Program-made: the position numbers and the translations under genes | The notes under the pieces: model-generated | Databases searched by the model: none | Seen by the model: the letters and a program-made list of their open reading frames with translations, nothing else | What the model was told of the DNA's origin: nothing | Assembly: GCA_964035575.1 (NCBI GenBank) | Contig: OZ037847.1 | Coordinates: forward strand, 1,178,001 to 1,242,000 | Direction of reading: 5' to 3' | From: Rhynchopus sp. YZ270_cl-10 | Lineage: Eukaryota | Length of the DNA stretch: 64,000 nucleotides | Shown here: piece by piece, positions 58,505-64,000 of the stretch | How positions within the stretch are numbered: position 1 is the first letter of the stretch | Layout: the number at the start of each line of letters is the position of its first letter

Positions 58505-58546
58505 AAGGTGACTAAGCACGAGAGGCTTAGGGTCATCTTATAAACT
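58505..58546 (+). repeat. Representative of dispersed hairpin family A (AAGGTGACTAAGCACGAGAGGCTTAGGGTCATCTT)
   Basis: Related copies near 17745, 23121, 24378, 24685, 27727, 34888, 35861, 36315, 58984, 59120, 61635 and 63845. Confidence 0.8.
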
Positions 58547-59908
58547 TTTCTTTTTTTTTTTTCCGTCCCACATTTCGAGTGTACTACTTCGTTGTTGTTT
58601 TTATATTCGTGAAGCAAAGTTCAAAAAAAATTCTGCAAAAAGACGGGGTACAAAAAAAAATCCTTCTTTATCGATTACAAATACTCATCTCTTGAGTCGA
58701 TGAAATGAACACAAAATACCAAATATGAACCTCCTGTTGTTGTTACAATATGCAAATACTGCGCCCTTCCACTCAAAAAAAGTGCAAAAGTGTTTAGTAT
58801 AGTGGAGCACACTCTAGGGGTGGCTACACTAATACAAACCAAGTTTTCAAAAAAAAAAAAAAAACTTCTAACTGCGATATGCAGCGAGGCGTTGTTCACC
58901 TCTCTTTTTTACCTCCAACGTCGGTATGCACCCTCGTGTTTTTTTTGTACGTGTACTATAATATCGTTTTTCATCTTTTTTTCAAGGTGACTACGCACGA
59001 GAGGCTTAGGATCATCTTATAAACTTTTTTTTTTTCACCATGCATGAGATCGACTGAGATGCGTTTTAGCACGTTTCAAACTATTTTTTTTTTGGGTCGA
59101 CTTCACCTTACCAGTTTTCAAGGTGACAAAGCATGTCTTAAGTTCATCAGACAAACTTTTCCCCTATTTTTTTTGCATCGCCTGTATCGGAGGGTAGAAG
59201 GTGGCGTGTGTCTTCTGTGTTTTTGAGTTCCTGAAGTGTCATGCACATATCAAAAGCTTCTTCTCCCCTCCCCTTTTTTGGGAGATTCAATTGAAACGAC
59301 CAAAATAAAAATGAACAATAAACAATAAACCGAACACCGAAGAACCCGAGAAAAAAGGTAGGATTAAAGGGAATTGTCTGATTGATTTGCTTTCTGTTGT
59401 GACCCTATCGTGTCGTGTAGCGAAACAAGCAACAAAAAAAGAGAGAGAAAAAAAAACAAAAAAAAGAAGGAACAGCAAAAAATCTCGAATGTTAAAAAGT
59501 CCGCGTGTGTGTGCTATGCTTTGTCTGTCCAATTTTTTTTATGTCGCCTTCTCCAAAAAAAAATTGTTTTTTTTTTGGGGGGCTATTATTTGTGCTGCTG
59601 TACGTGGGGGTGGGTTGAGGGTTTTTTTTTGTCAAAACAAAAAAAAAGCAAAGCAAAACAACAAACAAACAAACAAAACAAACAAAAACCAACAAAGTGT
59701 GTGATACAGCGAGCCCTGTCTCTCCTCTTCCCTCTTCCCTCCCCCATTTTTTTCCTCAGGGACTTTCCTCGCTTCTTAGTGCTGTGGTATCTCCACGAGG
59801 AAAGCCAGATATCCGCGATAGCTGTGGTGCCATGCCCCTCCTTTTGGGAGTGGCTTGCCATTGCGAGACACCGAACCATTTCACCTCACAGATAAAACAC
59901 ACACAATA

Positions 59909-61156
59909 ATGTTGACCTCCATTGTCCTGCTTGCGCTTGCTGCGCCATGCACAGACCTGCGTCAGGAGTCGGGCAAGCGCTGGCATGATATTGACGGCAG
60001 CCGCTACAACTGCAAGTGGTACGCACGTGACAACAACTGCATGCGCTACGGCAGTGACTACAGGAACGAGCACGTCGCGCTTGAGGCCTGCTGTGCCTGT
60101 GGTGGTGGCTCTGGTTCCGACACACTTCCGATCATGGCGAACACAACGAACACCACTGTGCCGTTGCCTCCGTTGCCGCCCACTCCGACAAACAGCACCG
60201 ATGGCAACTGGACTGAGAACAACTCTACCGGTAACTGGACTGGAGACTACTGGACTGGCGACATCTGGACTGACAGCAACTCTACCGGAAACTTGACTGG
60301 TAACAACTCCACCGGAACGGGAAACTGGACCGGCGACAACTGGACTGAGAACAACTCCACAGGAAACTGGACTGACAACAACTCTACCGGTAACTGGACT
60401 GGAGACAACTGGACTGGAAACTGGACTGACAACAACTCCACTGGAGCTGGCAACTGGACTGGCGACAACTGGACAGGAAACTGGACTGGTGGTAACTCCA
60501 CCGGAGCTGGCAACTGGACTGGAGACAACTGGACAGGAAACTGGACGGACAACAACTCCACCGGTAACTGGACTGGCGACAACTGGACTGGAAACTGGAC
60601 TGACAACAACTCCACCGGAGCGGGCAACTGGACTGGAGACAACTGGACAGGAAACTGGACTGGTGGTAACTCCACCGGAGCTGGCAACTGGACTGGAGAC
60701 AACTGGACAGGAAACTGGACGGACAACAACTCCACCGGTAACTGGACTGGCGACAACTGGACTGGAAACTGGACTGACAACAACTCCACCGGAGCGGGCA
60801 ACTGGACTGGAGACAACTGGACCGGCAACTGGACTGGTGGTAACTCCACCGGAGCTGGCAACTGGACTGGAGACAACTGGACAGGAAACTGGACGGACAA
60901 CAACTCCACCGGTAACTGGACTGGCGACAACTGGACTGGAAACTGGACTGACAACAACTCCACCGGAGCGGGCAACTGGACTGGAGACAACTGGACCGGC
61001 AACTGGACTGGTGGTAACTCCACCGGAGCTGGAAACTGGACCGGCAACAACTCTAGCGGAAACTGGACTGGAGACAACTCTACTGGAACCGGCAACTGGA
61101 CTGGCGACAACTCCACCGCAGCTGGAAACTGGACCGGCGACAACTGGACCGTCTAG
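59909..61156 (+). CDS. Secreted protein: signal peptide, Cys-rich module, ~300-aa Asn-Trp-Thr-Gly repeat (415 aa)
   Basis: Signal peptide MLTSIVLLALAAP. Module CTD...WHDIDG..YNCKWY....C..YG...ACCACGGG. Tandem GNWTGDNWT/NNSTG units. Confidence 0.85.
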   Translation: MLTSIVLLALAAPCTDLRQESGKRWHDIDGSRYNCKWYARDNNCMRYGSDYRNEHVALEACCACGGGSGSDTLPIMANTTNTTVPLPPLPPTPTNSTDGNWTENNSTGNWTGDYWTGDIWTDSNSTGNLTGNNSTGTGNWTGDNWTENNSTGNWTDNNSTGNWTGDNWTGNWTDNNSTGAGNWTGDNWTGNWTGGNSTGAGNWTGDNWTGNWTDNNSTGNWTGDNWTGNWTDNNSTGAGNWTGDNWTGNWTGGNSTGAGNWTGDNWTGNWTDNNSTGNWTGDNWTGNWTDNNSTGAGNWTGDNWTGNWTGGNSTGAGNWTGDNWTGNWTDNNSTGNWTGDNWTGNWTDNNSTGAGNWTGDNWTGNWTGGNSTGAGNWTGNNSSGNWTGDNSTGTGNWTGDNSTAAGNWTGDNWTV

Positions 61157-62238
61157 AAGATATGAGTATAGAACCCTGGCTCTTCGACACCACAGGAATG
61201 CCGAATATTTCTGGTGTTGGTCATTTTCTTTCCCCCCCCCTTTTTTTTTGACTTCAACATTCCATTCGCATATGTTCTCTTGCAGATGAAACTGTTCATC
61301 AGTGCTCGCGAAGTATCGCAGATGGATGCGTTTTGGGAAGAAGGAATACAAGCAGACATAGTGCAACGTTCCCTGTGCATTATTCTGTTTCGTTATTCAC
61401 GATCTTCGAAAGCGTTTCATATTTTGTTCTCCCTCTCAAAGACTTTTTATTAGAACCAAGGTCGGATCCCTTGTGTTCACCCGTCTCCCTCCCCTGCCTT
61501 TTGTGTTTTATTTTGATGGCATCTTTCATTGTTGGACGTTCTGTCTCATCGCACTTCTGACTGCCTCTGTGCGGAGATGACGTTCACGATGCCTTTTTCT
61601 ATTAGAATCGACATTGATCCCACTTTCTTATGTGAGGTGACTAAGCACACAGAGCGGCTTAGATACATCTTACGAACTCATCTTTTGATGTTTCCTTTCG
61701 CTTTTATTCATGATCCTTGACTTGTTTTTCTTTCTTTACATCAAGACCCCTTTGTGCTCTTCACGACCCTTGAGGGATGTGTGACCAGCTCCACTCATCT
61801 CTCGAGGATCTCAGGGATTCTGTTTTGACAATGTGGATACAGTATGAGAGAAAGACCCGTGCCTCTGCAGCAGGCCTTCTTCTTTGGAGAAGTTTCCTTT
61901 ATACTGTGTCTGGCATTGTGCAAGAAGGAACCAAGCAAGCACAATAGGTCGTCGACTACCTTTTAACCAACCACTCACCCAATTGAATTGGTGGCATCGT
62001 TTCATCGTTTTCAACAATAAATGCCAATCTTCTCCCCAGCCCCTTCATTTTGGAGATAATGCATTATTACCCAATATCATCCAATACGCTCACAACCGCT
62101 TTTTCGTACGAGCAAGTCCTTAAGGTTCGCTGCTTTGTCCTGTTGAGGATTCAAGACTCCTGAAGAGGTAGATGTGGAGGTACACAACTGCACGTAACGT
62201 TCGTACTTCTTCACCTCACAGATAAAACACACACAATA

Positions 62239-63367
62239 ATGTTGACCTCCATTGCTTGCGCTTGCTGCGCCATGCACAGACCTGCGTCAGGAGTCGGGCA
62301 AGCGCTGGCATGATATTGACGGCAGCCGCTACAACTGCAAGTGGTACGCACGTGACAACAACTGCATGCGCTACGGCAGTGACTACAGGAACGAGCACGT
62401 CGCGCTTGAGGCCTGCTGTGCCTGTGGTGGTGGCTCTGGTTCCGACACACTTCCGATCATGGCGAACACAACGAACACCACTGTGCCGTTGCCTCCGTTG
62501 CCGCCCACTCCGACAAACAGCACCGATGGCAACTGGACTGAGAACAACTCTACCGGTAACTGGACTGGAGACTACTGGACTGGCGACATCTGGACTGACA
62601 GCAACTCTACCGGAAACTTGACTGGTAACAACTCCACCGGAACGGGAAACTGGACCGGCGACAACTGGACTGAGAACAACTCCACAGGAAACTGGACTGA
62701 CAACAACTCTACCGGTAACTGGACTGGAGACAACTGGACTGGAAACTGGACTGACAACAACTCCACTGGAGCTGGCAACTGGACTGGCGACAACTGGACA
62801 GGAAACTGGACTGGTGGTAACTCCACCGGAGCTGGCAACTGGACTGGAGACAACTGGACAGGAAACTGGACGGACAACAACTCCACCGGTAACTGGACTG
62901 GCGACAACTGGACTGGAAACTGGACTGACAACAACTCCACCGGAGCGGGCAACTGGACTGGAGACAACTGGACAGGAAACTGGACTGGTGGTAACTCCAC
63001 CGGAGCTGGCAACTGGACTGGAGACAACTGGACAGGAAACTGGACGGACAACAACTCCACCGGTAACTGGACTGGCGACAACTGGACTGGAAACTGGACT
63101 GACAACAACTCCACCGGAGCGGGCAACTGGACTGGAGACAACTGGACCGGCAACTGGACTGGTGGTAACTCCACCGGAGCGGGCAACTGGACTGGAGACA
63201 ACTGGACCGGCAACTGGACTGGTGGTAACTCCACCGGAGCTGGAAACTGGACCGGCAACAACTCTAGCGGAAACTGGACTGGAGACAACTCTACTGGAAC
63301 CGGCAACTGGACTGGCGACAACTCCACCGCAGCTGGAAACTGGACCGGCGACAACTGGACCGTCTAG
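62239..63367 (+). pseudogene. Second copy of the NWT-repeat gene with a 5-bp frameshifting deletion in the signal peptide
   Basis: Copy 1 reads ATTGTCCTGCTTGCG; copy 2 reads ATTGCTTGCG. Its repeat region is also 114 nt shorter. Could be an assembly error. Confidence 0.65.
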
Positions 63368-64000
63368 AAGATATGAGTATAGAACCCTGGCTCTTCGACA
63401 CCACAGGAATGCCGAATATTTCTGGTGTTGGTCATTTTCTTTCCCCCCCCCTTTTTTTTTGACTTCAACATTCCATTCGCATATGTTCTCTTGCAGATGA
63501 AACTGTTCATCAGTGCTCGCGAAGTATCGCAGATGGATGCGTTTTGGGAAGAAGGAATACAAGCAGACATAGTGCAACGTTCCCTGTGCATTATTCTGTT
63601 TCGTTATTCACGATCTTCGAAAGCGTTTCATATTTTGTTCTCCCTCTCAAAGACTTTTTATTAGAACCAAGGTCGGATCCCTTGTGTTCACCCGTCTCCC
63701 TCCCCTGCCTTTTGTGTTTTATTTTGATGGCATCTTTCATTGTTGGACGTTCTGTCTCATCGCACTTCTGACTGCCTCTGTGCGGAGATGACGTTCACGA
63801 TGCCTTTTTCTATTAGAATCGACATTGATCCCACTTTCTTATGTGAGGTGACTAAGCACACAGAGCGGCTTAGATACATCTTACGAACTCATCTTTTGAT
63901 GTTTCCTTTCGCTTTTATTCATGATCCTTGACTTGTTTTTCTTTCTTTACATCAAGACCCCTTTGTGCTCTTCACGACCCTTGAGGGATGTGTGACCAGC

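Larger units (their letters stand above)
59879..64000 (+). repeat. Tandem segmental duplication (~2.3-kb period)
   Basis: ~59879-61789 is near-identical to ~62209-64000, including the 3' flank; runs off the window end. Confidence 0.95.

Noticed and set aside
59756..63577. Long antisense and alternative-frame ORFs over the NWT genes
   Set aside because: Shadows of a low-complexity repeat; only the NWT frame has a signal peptide and Cys module.
1..64000. tRNA, rRNA, spliced-leader or snRNA genes
   Set aside because: None recognised by eye; tRNAscan-SE and Rfam would be needed to exclude them.

Overview
Eukaryotic nuclear DNA, most likely a euglenozoan (diplonemid-like). Support: a BILBO1-family gene, all ~15 host genes on the + strand as in a polycistronic unit, and short GT-AG introns with GTATG donors. 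Genes in order: a partial ORF; BILBO1-like protein; ankyrin + polycystin-type TRP channel; PPR protein; alpha/beta hydrolase; polyQ-SPRY protein; NCKX-type exchanger; spliced kinase-LRR-dual-specificity phosphatase; NYN-like nuclease fused to a DEAH/RHA helicase; acidic coiled-coil protein; NPF-repeat/RanBP2-zinc-finger protein; small secreted protein; MROH1-like HEAT protein; and two tandem copies of a secreted Cys-module + (NWT)n protein, the second frameshifted. The AT-rich intergenic DNA is dense in non-autonomous DNA transposons with TA, 5-, 6-, 8- and 9-bp target-site duplications (TSDs). One 6-bp-TSD element carries traces of a spliced hAT-like transposase. There is also a 4x263-bp Helentron-like array and several families of tiny, sense-oriented hairpin repeats. 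The best candidates for new biology are the NYN-DEAH fusion, the 6-bp-TSD element group, the dispersed hairpins and the NWT-repeat protein. All domain calls were made by eye from motifs; no searches were run.
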